Positions 1 to 8,648 of a stretch of 64,000 nucleotides of DNA are shown here, one piece after another. The position numbers and the translations under genes are program-made. Positions within the stretch are counted from its first letter, which is position 1. Each line of letters starts with the position of its first letter. Origin of the DNA: Candidatus Omnitrophota bacterium (GTDB lineage: Bacteria > Omnitrophota > Gorgyraeia > 2-01-FULL-45-10); NCBI GenBank assembly GCA_028715345.1, contig JAQUSB010000002.1, forward strand, positions 675 to 64,674, read 5' to 3'. Below the pieces are notes generated by a model. The model saw only the letters and a program-made list of their open reading frames with translations, searched no databases and had not been told where the DNA came from.

Positions 1-24
1 CTCATTTTCCTGCCGGATAACCGG

Positions 25-1221
25 ATGCCGCCCATGAAACGCTTTGTTACCCTGACTTCCGTGAAGAACGAGTACCTGAAAATAAAACACAGGAAGATAA
101 AGACCGAGAACCTGCTGCTTAAAATAAAGGGGTTACCTCCGGGCAATATCTGGGTAGCTAAATCCGATAAAAGCCTGATGATGATCGATATACCTTCGAC
201 AGGATTAAGGATCACCCGGTCATTCGAATACAAAGAGACCGAGCCCAGGGAGCGCGCCGTTACTTCCGAAAAATACGTATCCAAAGAAATAACTTTCAGC
301 GGTAAGAACCGTCAGCTGTCGGGCACTTTTACATGTCCGGCTCCGGGCGATACGCCTCAGGGCGGACAGGCATACCCGGCAGTGCTGCTCATATGGGGAG
401 CGGGCCCCCAGGACCGCGATTATCAGGGCCTTTTCCGGTCGATCTCGGATCATCTGTCGAATAACGGGTATTGCGTCCTGCGGTTCGACAAAAGAGGCAT
501 AGGCGCAAGTTCCGGCAAGGCGGCGCCGATAACTCCGGAAGACGAATACGCCGATATCGCCGCCGCTCTCGGCTTCCTGAAAACACAGAAGAACGTCAAT
601 CCGGCCAGGATCGCGGTGATAGCCCATTCCGAAGGCGCGGGAGCGGCCATAAAGCTGGCGGCGGATAACGCGGACATACGGAGCGTGATACTCATGGCGC
701 CTCTTGTAAAAACAAGCCCGCGGGATGACGAAGCGCTTCTCCGCGACAGGGCCGCGAAAGAAAAGTGGGGCGATGAATACCTGCGGTCGGTTATAAACGC
801 AATGCGGGAGGCGAGAGATATCGCCGATAAAACAAAGCGCGACTGGGCATACATTATGGGGAAGCGCTGCTACCTGAAGTCGCTGAGAACGGAATTTACG
901 GACTTGAATGACAAGATAAAACTTATTTCGGCGCCCATCCTTATCCTCCACGGAAAAAATGACACGGAAGTGCCGGTCGAGTACGCGGCGCGGTTGGACA
1001 AGGCTTTATCCGAACACGGCAAGATGAAACATTCCGTTACTTACTACAGCTACCTGGGCCACTTTTTCGGCAAATTAATGAACGACGGCGTTCACAAGAA
1101 GTACTACGATGCCGATAAGGATGTTTTGGCCAATATCCGCGACTGGTTGGATATCAATAACGTCGAACCGGTTAAAATAGAGACGGTTAAACAGGTAGAA
1201 CCTGCCTCTGAAACACCTTGA
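25..1221 (+). CDS. alpha/beta-fold hydrolase (dienelactone hydrolase / peptidase S9-like)
   Basis: 398-aa ORF; nucleophile elbow AHSEGAG (GxSxG); typical a/b-hydrolase layout with later acidic/His residues; no in-frame stop upstream of first ATG so N-terminus may lie outside window. Confidence 0.55.
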   Translation: MPPMKRFVTLTSVKNEYLKIKHRKIKTENLLLKIKGLPPGNIWVAKSDKSLMMIDIPSTGLRITRSFEYKETEPRERAVTSEKYVSKEITFSGKNRQLSGTFTCPAPGDTPQGGQAYPAVLLIWGAGPQDRDYQGLFRSISDHLSNNGYCVLRFDKRGIGASSGKAAPITPEDEYADIAAALGFLKTQKNVNPARIAVIAHSEGAGAAIKLAADNADIRSVILMAPLVKTSPRDDEALLRDRAAKEKWGDEYLRSVINAMREARDIADKTKRDWAYIMGKRCYLKSLRTEFTDLNDKIKLISAPILILHGKNDTEVPVEYAARLDKALSEHGKMKHSVTYYSYLGHFFGKLMNDGVHKKYYDADKDVLANIRDWLDINNVEPVKIETVKQVEPASETP

Positions 1222-1279
1222 TTAGAGTTGACCCGTTGGTTATTGTGTGTTATATTTTGATGACCGGGAGGGGTGTAAA

Positions 1280-1684
1280 ATGACAAAACCCAGAGACAAG
1301 ATAGCCGAGAGGCGAGGTTTTATCCGCCTTCGTAAGCCTATAAACATAACGTATACGATAGCGGGACAGGACAAGATACATAACGTCACTGCCAAGGACA
1401 TATCCGCTGACGGAATAAGGTTCCAGACTACCGATAAGAATATATCGGAAGGCAATACGATAGAGACAAAGCTCGATATCCCGGAAGTCGTGAACCCTGT
1501 ACACGCAAAAGGCCGGATAATGTGGAAGAAGAAACTATCCCTGGAAGACAATGCGCCGTTCGACATAGGCGTCGAATTCACGGAAATAGAAGAGGACAAT
1601 AAGAACACTTTTCTGAAATTTTTATGCGACCTTATCTATAACTTACCGGAGGAAATGAAAAATGCAAAACATAAAAAGAATTAG
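1280..1684 (+). CDS. PilZ domain protein (c-di-GMP receptor family)
   Basis: ATG at 1280 within ORF 1247..1684; RRGFIRLRK (RxxxR) and DISADGIRF (DxSxxG) PilZ signature pair. Confidence 0.6.
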   Translation: MTKPRDKIAERRGFIRLRKPINITYTIAGQDKIHNVTAKDISADGIRFQTTDKNISEGNTIETKLDIPEVVNPVHAKGRIMWKKKLSLEDNAPFDIGVEFTEIEEDNKNTFLKFLCDLIYNLPEEMKNAKHKKN

Positions 1685-2003
1685 CTTCCTTGCAATAATG
1701 ATGATATCGGCCGCCCTGTTCTCCGGCTGCTCGGCCATAATAATCCCTAACCCCGGGGAAGTCGTAAAGCATCCGCTGGGAACGGAATCTATAAAAATAG
1801 GCATGTCAAAAGCGCAGGTCGAATCCATCTGGGGCAAACCGAGCCAGATAAAGATGGTCGAAGACAAAGAAAAGTGGAAAGGTTCCAGGGAGGTATGGAT
1901 ATACCATGCGCAATACAGTTCCATACCGGTGGATGCCGGTTATTTATCAAGCACGAAGAGACTATACTTTGACGGAAACAACCTCACGGAGATCGGAGAA
2001 TAA
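1662..2003 (+). CDS. lipoprotein, BamE/SmpA-OmlA-like
   Basis: 113 aa; signal peptide with lipobox LFSGC; IGMSKAQVESIWGKPSQ resembles BamE core. Confidence 0.45.
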   Translation: MQNIKRISFLAIMMISAALFSGCSAIIIPNPGEVVKHPLGTESIKIGMSKAQVESIWGKPSQIKMVEDKEKWKGSREVWIYHAQYSSIPVDAGYLSSTKRLYFDGNNLTEIGE

Positions 2004-2012
2004 CGAAAATTT

Positions 2013-2363
2013 ATGCTGCGAATAATGTGCAAATCCAAAATACACAGAGTTAAAATAACTAAAGTAGACCTCCATTACCCGGGAAGCATAGGTATCGATA
2101 AGGACCTGCTTAAAAGATCCGACATATACCCCGGGGAAATTGTCCAGGTGGTAAATATCAATAACGGGTCGCGCTTCGAAACATATGCGATAGAGGAGCC
2201 CGCCGGTTCCGGCGATATAGGGCTTTACGGCGCCGCGGCGCACATGGGCAAGGCGGGCGATCTTGTCATCATACTGTCAAACTGCCTTCTGGAAGACAGC
2301 AAGGCGCGCAAAATGAAGATGAAAGTCGTGCGGGTGAATTCGAATAACAAGCCGCTCAAATAA
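2013..2363 (+). CDS. panD: aspartate 1-decarboxylase proenzyme
   Basis: 116 aa; MLRIMCKSKIHRVKITKVDLHYPGSIGID with Gly-Ser self-cleavage site and GAAAHMGKAGDLVII tail, textbook PanD. Confidence 0.85.
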   Translation: MLRIMCKSKIHRVKITKVDLHYPGSIGIDKDLLKRSDIYPGEIVQVVNINNGSRFETYAIEEPAGSGDIGLYGAAAHMGKAGDLVIILSNCLLEDSKARKMKMKVVRVNSNNKPLK

Positions 2364-2368
2364 TCGAT

Positions 2369-2851
2369 ATGCAAGAACTGACCATAAAGAAATTCCCCGA
2401 CCCTGTACTCCGGAAGAAAGCCTCGAAGGTATTCAGAATAACGCCCCAGATAAAAGAGGCCCTCGCCGAGATGGCGAAACTTATGTACTTATCCCAAGGG
2501 GTAGGGCTGGCAGCCCCCCAGGTCGGGATCGATAAGCAGCTCGCCGTCATAGATATAGGCAGCGGCCTCATCAATCTGATAAACCCGGTAATATCGAAAA
2601 GAGACGGGACGGAGATCCTGGAAGAAGGGTGCTTAAGCGTGCCGGAACTTGCCGTTAAGGTAAAAAGGTCGAAGTCCGTCACCGTTCAATTCCTGGACAC
2701 AGACGGTGAAGCGCGGCAAATTAAGGCGGACGGACTCCTGGCAAGGGCAATACAGCATGAATTGGATCATTTACGCGGAATATTGATAATAGATTACGTA
2801 AATCCCGTAAAAAAGATACTTTTAACGAGAAGCTTGACAAAACGAAAATGA
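2369..2851 (+). CDS. def: peptide deformylase
   Basis: 160 aa; three canonical PDF motifs GVGLAAPQVG, EGCLSVP, QHELDHL. Confidence 0.9.
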   Translation: MQELTIKKFPDPVLRKKASKVFRITPQIKEALAEMAKLMYLSQGVGLAAPQVGIDKQLAVIDIGSGLINLINPVISKRDGTEILEEGCLSVPELAVKVKRSKSVTVQFLDTDGEARQIKADGLLARAIQHELDHLRGILIIDYVNPVKKILLTRSLTKRK

Positions 2852-2993
2852 TGTGCTATATTTGTAACATTAATAAAATGAATCATTTAGTAAAAAACAC
2901 GTCTTTGAACATATAGCCATTCGCAAGCAGTTATCAAGCTTCGGGTGGCTCTTTTTAGTGTGTAAATGCTTGGCGAGGAGGTGACACTCTAAA

Positions 2994-3197
2994 ATGGCGC
3001 AGGGAACAGTAAAATGGTTCAATGACAAAAAAGGGTTCGGCTTTATTATAGCGGATACCGGAAAAGACGTATTCGTTCACCATTCAGCTATCGAGGGGGA
3101 AGGCTACAAATCCCTCAAAGAAGGCGACAAGGTGCAGTTTGAGATAGTGCAGGGACCTAAGGGTGATCAGGCGACGAAAGTCGTCAAGCAATCTTAA
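2994..3197 (+). CDS. cold-shock protein (CspA family)
   Basis: 67 aa; [21 protein letters not shown]-1 motif and [11 protein letters not shown]-2 motif. Confidence 0.9.
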   Translation: MAQGTVKWFNDKKGFGFIIADTGKDVFVHHSAIEGEGYKSLKEGDKVQFEIVQGPKGDQATKVVKQS

Positions 3198-3263
3198 GGC
3201 GCGCTCCAGACCAACCTGATTCAAAATATCATTTACGCAATGGTAGAGGGGGAAGTGTTTTCT

Positions 3264-3710
3264 ATGAATTTATACGAAAAGCTGGATACAGATGTCAAGA
3301 ATGCTTTAAAGGCAGGAGATGCCCTTAAAGTATCCGTATTAAGGATGGCCCTGGCGACCATCAAAACCTTGATGATAGAGAAAAACCTGAAGTCGCTCGA
3401 CGATAACGGGGTCATAGAAATACTCCAGCGCCATGTTAAACAGCACCGCGAATCGATAGATCAATTCACCAGGGGCGGAAGAGCCGACCTTGCGGATAAA
3501 GAAAAGGCCGAGCTCAAGATCCTCGAGGGATATTTGCCGGAGCAGCTGGGTGAAGAAGAGCTGGCGAAGATCGTCAAAGCAACGATAGCTGAAGTCGGAG
3601 CCTCTACTAAAAAAGATACGGGTAAAGTAATGAAGGCTGTAATGGATAAAATAAAGGGCAAGGCCGATGGCAAAGCGGTCAGCTCGATAGTCCAGCAGGT
3701 GCTCAAGTAA
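3264..3710 (+). CDS. GatB/YqeY domain protein
   Basis: ATG 3264 after GAGGGGGAAG RBS; YEKLDTDVKNALKAGD...EKNLKSLDD pattern of YqeY family. Confidence 0.65.
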   Translation: MNLYEKLDTDVKNALKAGDALKVSVLRMALATIKTLMIEKNLKSLDDNGVIEILQRHVKQHRESIDQFTRGGRADLADKEKAELKILEGYLPEQLGEEELAKIVKATIAEVGASTKKDTGKVMKAVMDKIKGKADGKAVSSIVQQVLK

Positions 3711-3774
3711 GATTTTACTTGCTTACGGCCGGATGTTGTGATAAACTAGCTCAAATTACGAAAGGGGGAAGTAA

Positions 3775-4134
3775 ATGACAAAGAAATTAGTCATTGTAGC
3801 ATTGGCATTATGTTTCATACTTAGCGGCATCTCTTATGCGGCGGATGCCGAGACCGGCACCCAGAAGGCAAAGAGCTGGTGGCAGAAACTTTTTAACTAC
3901 CCTGCAAACGTGACGAACGAGACGGCGGGCGTGGTTACAGAGGCTGCGAAGGGCGCAACGAGCGTAGTTACTAATGAAGTTAAGACTGTCGGACAGGTTA
4001 CATCAGGCAGCCTTGGAAAGACGCAGAATCTCGTGACAGACCCTGTAATGGGAACGGCCGAAACGGTAAAGAAAGCGGCGGAAGGAACAGCTGCAATACC
4101 GTCGAACGCGAATAAACCCGAAGAAGCGAAATAA
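3775..4134 (+). CDS. secreted low-complexity protein, unknown function
   Basis: 119 aa; cleavable signal peptide (ISYAADA), Thr/Val/Ala-rich repeats; followed by terminator. Confidence 0.4.
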   Translation: MTKKLVIVALALCFILSGISYAADAETGTQKAKSWWQKLFNYPANVTNETAGVVTEAAKGATSVVTNEVKTVGQVTSGSLGKTQNLVTDPVMGTAETVKKAAEGTAAIPSNANKPEEAK

Positions 4135-4165
4135 ATATACGAAAAGTATATTTTATTTATAAGGG

Positions 4166-4198
4166 AAAGCCATATTTTCACAAGAGATATGGCTTTTT
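4166..4198 (+). terminator. intrinsic terminator
   Basis: AAAGCCATAT / ATATGGCTTT 10-bp stem with 11-nt loop followed by TTTTT. Confidence 0.5.
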
Positions 4199-4220
4199 CC
4201 TTGCGCAAGAAAGGCTTATC

Positions 4221-4358
4221 ATGAAAAATTTTGTATTGGCCATGGCAGTTCTCATAACGGCTATGATGCTGGCCGGGTGCGGAGAGACGGTTTCAGGGGT
4301 CGGTAAAGATATCAATCGCATGGGGCGGGGCGTAAACACTTTCTTCTTTCGCCAATGA
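4221..4358 (+). CDS. entericidin EcnA/B-family small lipoprotein (45 aa; absent from ORF track because shorter than 60 aa)
   Basis: MKNFVLAMAVLITAMMLAGCGETVSGVGKDINRMGRGVNTFFFRQ: lipobox LAGC then TxxGxGKDIxxxG entericidin signature; placed between terminator and next gene. Confidence 0.5.
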   Translation: MKNFVLAMAVLITAMMLAGCGETVSGVGKDINRMGRGVNTFFFRQ

Positions 4359-4370
4359 TCGGGGGCCTTA

Positions 4371-5084
4371 ATGGCTATACGGATAAGGGAACAGAATAAC
4401 ATACATATACTTGATATAGACGGCCGCATCGATATAAATTCTTCCGAGCTTATCGAGATGGTTGGATGGCTTGTAAATTCCGGCAAGGTAAACCTCATAT
4501 TCAATTTCGAAAATGTCGACATGATCGATTATAACGGGCTTTCGATACTTGCCATAGCATATAAAAACATAGTGAACCATAAAGGCAAGCTGAAACTGCT
4601 TAATGTGCCGATCTCGGTAATAGAGATGATCAAAGTGGTAAAGCTCGACTCTATTTTCGAGCTATACACGGACGAAGAGACCGCGGTCAACAGCTTTGCC
4701 GAAAGCGAAGTCCAGAAACTGCACTTAAGGCGCAAATTCCCCAGACTTGATATCCACCTGAACGTAGAATACAAGCTTATCAGCGACAACAAGAGCCCTA
4801 AGACATTCAGCGGCAACGTCCTTAATATAAGCGCCGCAGGCCTCTATATTTACACTAAAAATACACTCCCGATAGGCACATTGCTGGACCTGCACTTCAC
4901 CATACCCGACTCAAGCGCAGCGCTTGAAGCTACCGGCCGCGTATCGTGGATCGCCGACAAAGACCTGCAGCCTCACGCCTACCCGGGCATGGGCGTATCC
5001 TTTTCTCATCTCACTCCCGAAAAAGAACTCGCGATAGTCGATTTTATCGATAAAAATGTAAGCCACAGGGCCGACCAATCGTAA
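4371..5084 (+). CDS. STAS (anti-sigma-factor antagonist-like) domain fused to C-terminal PilZ domain
   Basis: N-terminal 110 aa SpoIIAA/STAS-like (NNIHILDIDGRIDINSSELIEMV...LNVPISVIEMIKVVKLDSIF); C-terminal RRKFPRLD (RxxxR) and NISAAG (DxSxxG-like) PilZ motifs. Confidence 0.55.
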   Translation: MAIRIREQNNIHILDIDGRIDINSSELIEMVGWLVNSGKVNLIFNFENVDMIDYNGLSILAIAYKNIVNHKGKLKLLNVPISVIEMIKVVKLDSIFELYTDEETAVNSFAESEVQKLHLRRKFPRLDIHLNVEYKLISDNKSPKTFSGNVLNISAAGLYIYTKNTLPIGTLLDLHFTIPDSSAALEATGRVSWIADKDLQPHAYPGMGVSFSHLTPEKELAIVDFIDKNVSHRADQS

Positions 5085-6025
5085 TGAGTAAGCTCGAGGC
5101 CTTACGCAGGGCAAGCGAAGCATTCAAAGAATCTCTGAAAGACTGTACCATATGCCCGCGCGAATGCGGCGTCGATAGAACGAGCGGTCAAACAGGATAT
5201 TGCCGCGCCCCTTATAACCCGGTAGTATACAGCTATCTTGCGCACAGGGGCGAAGAGCCGCCGATCTCCGGGCGGCGCGGATCGGGCACAATATTCTTCT
5301 CCGGCTGCAATATGAAATGCGTCTACTGCCAGAACTATACATTCAGCCAGCTTGACAGAGGCAGCGGGATGTCCATAGAGAAGCTCTCCGAGACGATGCT
5401 CTACCTGCAGAAGATGGGCTGCCATAACATAAACCTCGTGACCCCCGCTCATTTCGTCCCACAGATAGTGTTCGCTCTCGAAAAAGCGGCAGAGGCCGGG
5501 CTCGATATACCTATCGCGTATAATACAAGCGGATACGACAGCGTCGAAACCCTGAAACTGCTGTCGGGGATAATCGATATCTATATGCCGGATATGCGTT
5601 ATTCTAATAATGAGATGGCCGCGCGGTATTCCGACGCGCCCGGCTACGTGGAAATAAACAGGGCTGCCGTAAAAGAGATGTACAGGCAGGTCGGGAACCT
5701 GGTAATAGATAAAGACGGCATTGCCGTGCGGGGCCTTATAATAAGGCTACTCGCTTTGCCCGATAATATATCGGGGACGATCGAGACGCTTAAATTCATA
5801 AAGGAAAGCATATCTCCCGGCGCATATTTGAGCATCATGAGCCAATACTACCCGACCCACAAGGCATTCGATCACAAAGAGCTGTCGCGGGGCATAACGG
5901 GCGATGAGTACAAAAATGTAGTTGACGCTGTAAAACTTTTGGGGTTAAATAATGGCTGGATACAGGAAATGCCTTCAGGGCCGGACGACAAATTTTTAGG
6001 AACGAACATAAAACCCAGGACATAA
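5084..6025 (+). CDS. radical SAM enzyme, PflA/AmmeMemoRadiSam-type activase family
   Basis: 313 aa; CNMKCVYC (Cx3Cx2C) radical SAM motif preceded by extra N-terminal Cys cluster CTICPRECGVDRTSGQTGYC; start overlaps upstream stop by 1 nt. Confidence 0.65.
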   Translation: MSKLEALRRASEAFKESLKDCTICPRECGVDRTSGQTGYCRAPYNPVVYSYLAHRGEEPPISGRRGSGTIFFSGCNMKCVYCQNYTFSQLDRGSGMSIEKLSETMLYLQKMGCHNINLVTPAHFVPQIVFALEKAAEAGLDIPIAYNTSGYDSVETLKLLSGIIDIYMPDMRYSNNEMAARYSDAPGYVEINRAAVKEMYRQVGNLVIDKDGIAVRGLIIRLLALPDNISGTIETLKFIKESISPGAYLSIMSQYYPTHKAFDHKELSRGITGDEYKNVVDAVKLLGLNNGWIQEMPSGPDDKFLGTNIKPRT

Positions 6026-6026
6026 A

Positions 6027-6740
6027 ATGGCGGCAAGCCGAAAGAAGACGATCTCTCACGCAGACCAATTCGAAGCCCTCTCGAAGGTCAGTAAGACCAT
6101 AACGTCAAATCTATATCTCGAGGACATCCTTAAGCTTATAGTGACCGTCACGGCGGAGATAATGGATTCGAAGATATGTTCCATAATGCTTCTCGACGAT
6201 AAGACCAAAGAATTGGTCTTAAAAGCAACGCAGTCGATGAGCGAAGTGTACAATAAGAAGCCGCCGCTTAAGCTGGGTGAGGGCATAGCAGGTAAGGTCG
6301 CCATTGAAAATAAGCCTAGGGCTATATTCGACCTTTCGAAAGAACCGGAATACAAATACAAAGACATCGCCGTCAAAGAAGGTTTGAAGTCGCTTTTGTC
6401 CGTGCCTCTGGCCGTGAGGGGAAAAGTGATCGGCGTATTGAATAACTACACTTCGCACCCCCACAAATTCACCAAAGACGAGATAAACATCCTTAATACC
6501 GTCGCCAGCCAGGCCGCCATCGTCATCGACAACGCGGAGCTTATGGTAAAAACGAAGGTGGTCCAGGAGGAGCTCGAGACGCGCAAGCTCGTCGAGCGAG
6601 CTAAAGGCATCCTCATGCGCGAGCAGGGGCTGGGCGAAGATGAGGCTTTCCGAAAGATACAGAGACAAAGCATGGATATGCGAAAATCGATGCGCGAGAT
6701 AGCGGAAGCGATAATACTCATAGAGAACATGAAAAAATAA
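6027..6740 (+). CDS. GAF domain + ANTAR domain RNA-binding antitermination regulator (paralog 1)
   Basis: 237 aa; N-terminal GAF-like fold; C-terminal ELETRKLVERAKGILMREQGLGEDEAFRKIQRQSMDMRKSMREIAEAII is a canonical ANTAR helix pair; ~60% identical to ORF 60379..61074. Confidence 0.75.
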   Translation: MAASRKKTISHADQFEALSKVSKTITSNLYLEDILKLIVTVTAEIMDSKICSIMLLDDKTKELVLKATQSMSEVYNKKPPLKLGEGIAGKVAIENKPRAIFDLSKEPEYKYKDIAVKEGLKSLLSVPLAVRGKVIGVLNNYTSHPHKFTKDEINILNTVASQAAIVIDNAELMVKTKVVQEELETRKLVERAKGILMREQGLGEDEAFRKIQRQSMDMRKSMREIAEAIILIENMKK

Positions 6741-6742
6741 TT

Positions 6743-6769
6743 TGACAAAATACGCGGAAGTGATATACT
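6743..6769 (+). promoter_or_regulatory. sigma70-like promoter upstream of nadE
   Basis: TTGACA, 15-16 nt spacer, TATACT. Confidence 0.4.
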
Positions 6770-6856
6770 TACTATGTTAATGATGACATTTGAGGACTCC
6801 GGCGTCCGAATCCTAAGAAAGGATGAGGGCGCTTTTCTGTTTTCAGGATAAATTTT

Positions 6857-8533
6857 ATGAAGAAAAATATGAAGATAGCCATAGCTCAGGTAAATTGCAC
6901 GGTCGGCGATCTCGACGGCAACTCCGCGAAGATAATCGAATATATACAGAAGGCCAAAGCCTTAGGAGCAGATATGGTCTCGTTCCCCGAGCTTGCCGTA
7001 ACCGGCTATCCTCCGGAAGACCTTCTTTTAAAAGACGCATTTATCGCGGATAACCTGGAAGCGTTGAAACGCATAGCGAAGTCCGTGAATGACATAGTGG
7101 CGATAGTGGGATTCGTAGATAAAAAAGAGGGTAGCCTTTATAACGCCGCGGCTATTATATATAAAGCAGAGGTAAAGGGCATCTGCTATAAAGAGCTCCT
7201 GCCGAATTACGGTGTGTTCGATGAGCACCGCTATTTTAAACCCGGCAAAGATTCTCTTGTGTTCAGGCTCGGCGATCTCGTATTCGGCGTGAACGTCTGC
7301 GAAGATATCTGGCATACCGAGGGGCCGCTCTGTTCACAGGCCGCGCTCGGCGCCAAGCTCATCATAAACATAAATTCTTCGCCGTACCACGCGGGAAAAG
7401 TAAAAGAGCGCGAGGATATAGTGAGGCGCCAGGCAAAAGAGAATAACGTAGTGGTGAGCTACGCGAACCTCGTCGGAGGACAGGACGAACTCGTCTTCGA
7501 CGGGCAGAGCATGGTCGTGGACAATACCGGTAAAGTCCTGGTGAGGGCGGAGGCGTTCAAAGAAGACCTCGTCGCGATCGACATAGACATACCGGACGAT
7601 AAAGGCGCTCCTTCTAAAAACGTCATAGTGGTAGCTGACGCATATACACCGAAGAACAAGGCCGCCGCGCCTAAAAAAGACGCAAAGACGCTGGACCCGG
7701 CAGCTGAAATATACGAGGCGCTCCTTCTCGGTTTGAGGGATTACGCCTTCAAGAACGGCTTCAAAAAAGCGGCCATAGGGATGTCGGGCGGCATAGATTC
7801 GGCGCTTGTCGCGGCGCTTGCCAAAGATGCCTTGGGGGGAGAGAACGTTATCGGTATCTATATGCCGACCAGGTATTCGTCGGCGCAATCGGGTATAGAC
7901 GCTAAATCGGTTTCAGACAACCTCGGAATAAAATTTACTACGATCTCTATAGACCATATATATAAACTTTACCTGATGTCTCTGGAACCGCAGTTTGCCG
8001 GAGCCCCTAAAGATATAACGGAAGAGAATATACAGGCCAGGATACGCGGCAACGTCCTGATGGCATTATCGAATAAATTCGGCTACCTGGTATTAACTAC
8101 CGGGAATAAGTCCGAAATGAGCACAGGTTACGCTACATTATACGGCGATATGGCCGGCGGGTTCGCCGTGATAAAGGACGTGCCAAAGACGCTCGTCTAT
8201 AAACTTGCCTCATACCGGAATTCAGTGAGCAGGGTCATCCCGGGATCGGTTATCGCTAAAGCGCCTACGGCGGAATTGCGGCCTAACCAGCTCGATCAGG
8301 ACAACTTGCCCCCATACGACGTCCTCGACAAGATACTGAAAGAATACATAGAGGAAGACAGAGGCTACGATGAAATAGTGGCAATGGGATTCGACAAAGA
8401 CGTTGTGACCAAAGTGATGAATATGGTCGATAGAAGCGAGTACAAGAGGAGACAGTCGCCTCCGGGCATTAAGATAACGCCCAAGGCTTTCGGCAGAGAC
8501 AGGAGGATGCCGATAACGAACAAATACAAATAA
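6857..8533 (+). CDS. nadE: glutamine-dependent NAD+ synthetase
   Basis: 558 aa; N-terminal nitrilase/CN-hydrolase domain + C-terminal NAD synthetase with GMSGGIDSA PP-loop. Confidence 0.9.
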   Translation: MKKNMKIAIAQVNCTVGDLDGNSAKIIEYIQKAKALGADMVSFPELAVTGYPPEDLLLKDAFIADNLEALKRIAKSVNDIVAIVGFVDKKEGSLYNAAAIIYKAEVKGICYKELLPNYGVFDEHRYFKPGKDSLVFRLGDLVFGVNVCEDIWHTEGPLCSQAALGAKLIININSSPYHAGKVKEREDIVRRQAKENNVVVSYANLVGGQDELVFDGQSMVVDNTGKVLVRAEAFKEDLVAIDIDIPDDKGAPSKNVIVVADAYTPKNKAAAPKKDAKTLDPAAEIYEALLLGLRDYAFKNGFKKAAIGMSGGIDSALVAALAKDALGGENVIGIYMPTRYSSAQSGIDAKSVSDNLGIKFTTISIDHIYKLYLMSLEPQFAGAPKDITEENIQARIRGNVLMALSNKFGYLVLTTGNKSEMSTGYATLYGDMAGGFAVIKDVPKTLVYKLASYRNSVSRVIPGSVIAKAPTAELRPNQLDQDNLPPYDVLDKILKEYIEEDRGYDEIVAMGFDKDVVTKVMNMVDRSEYKRRQSPPGIKITPKAFGRDRRMPITNKYK

Positions 8534-8577
8534 GATAGTTGTTTCGGCGATGAGATAACGATAAGCAGGACGAGGAC

Positions 8578-8616
8578 GCCCTTTTTGCGCCATGACGCGC
8601 GAGAAGGGCTTTTTTT
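8578..8616 (+). terminator. intrinsic terminator after nadE
   Basis: 13-bp GC-rich stem (GCCCTTTTTGCGC / GCGCGAGAAGGGC, with G-U pairs) + hexaloop, followed by TTTTTTT. Confidence 0.6.
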
Positions 8617-8648
8617 ATTCAACTGGAACAGAAAAAGGAGAAAACGTT

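Noticed and set aside
6774-6851. 25-codon sORF (MLMMTFEDSGVRILRKDEGAFLFSG) in the nadE leader as a leader peptide
   Set aside because: There is no RBS. The ATG lies at or before the predicted transcription start, and the peptide has no informative features.
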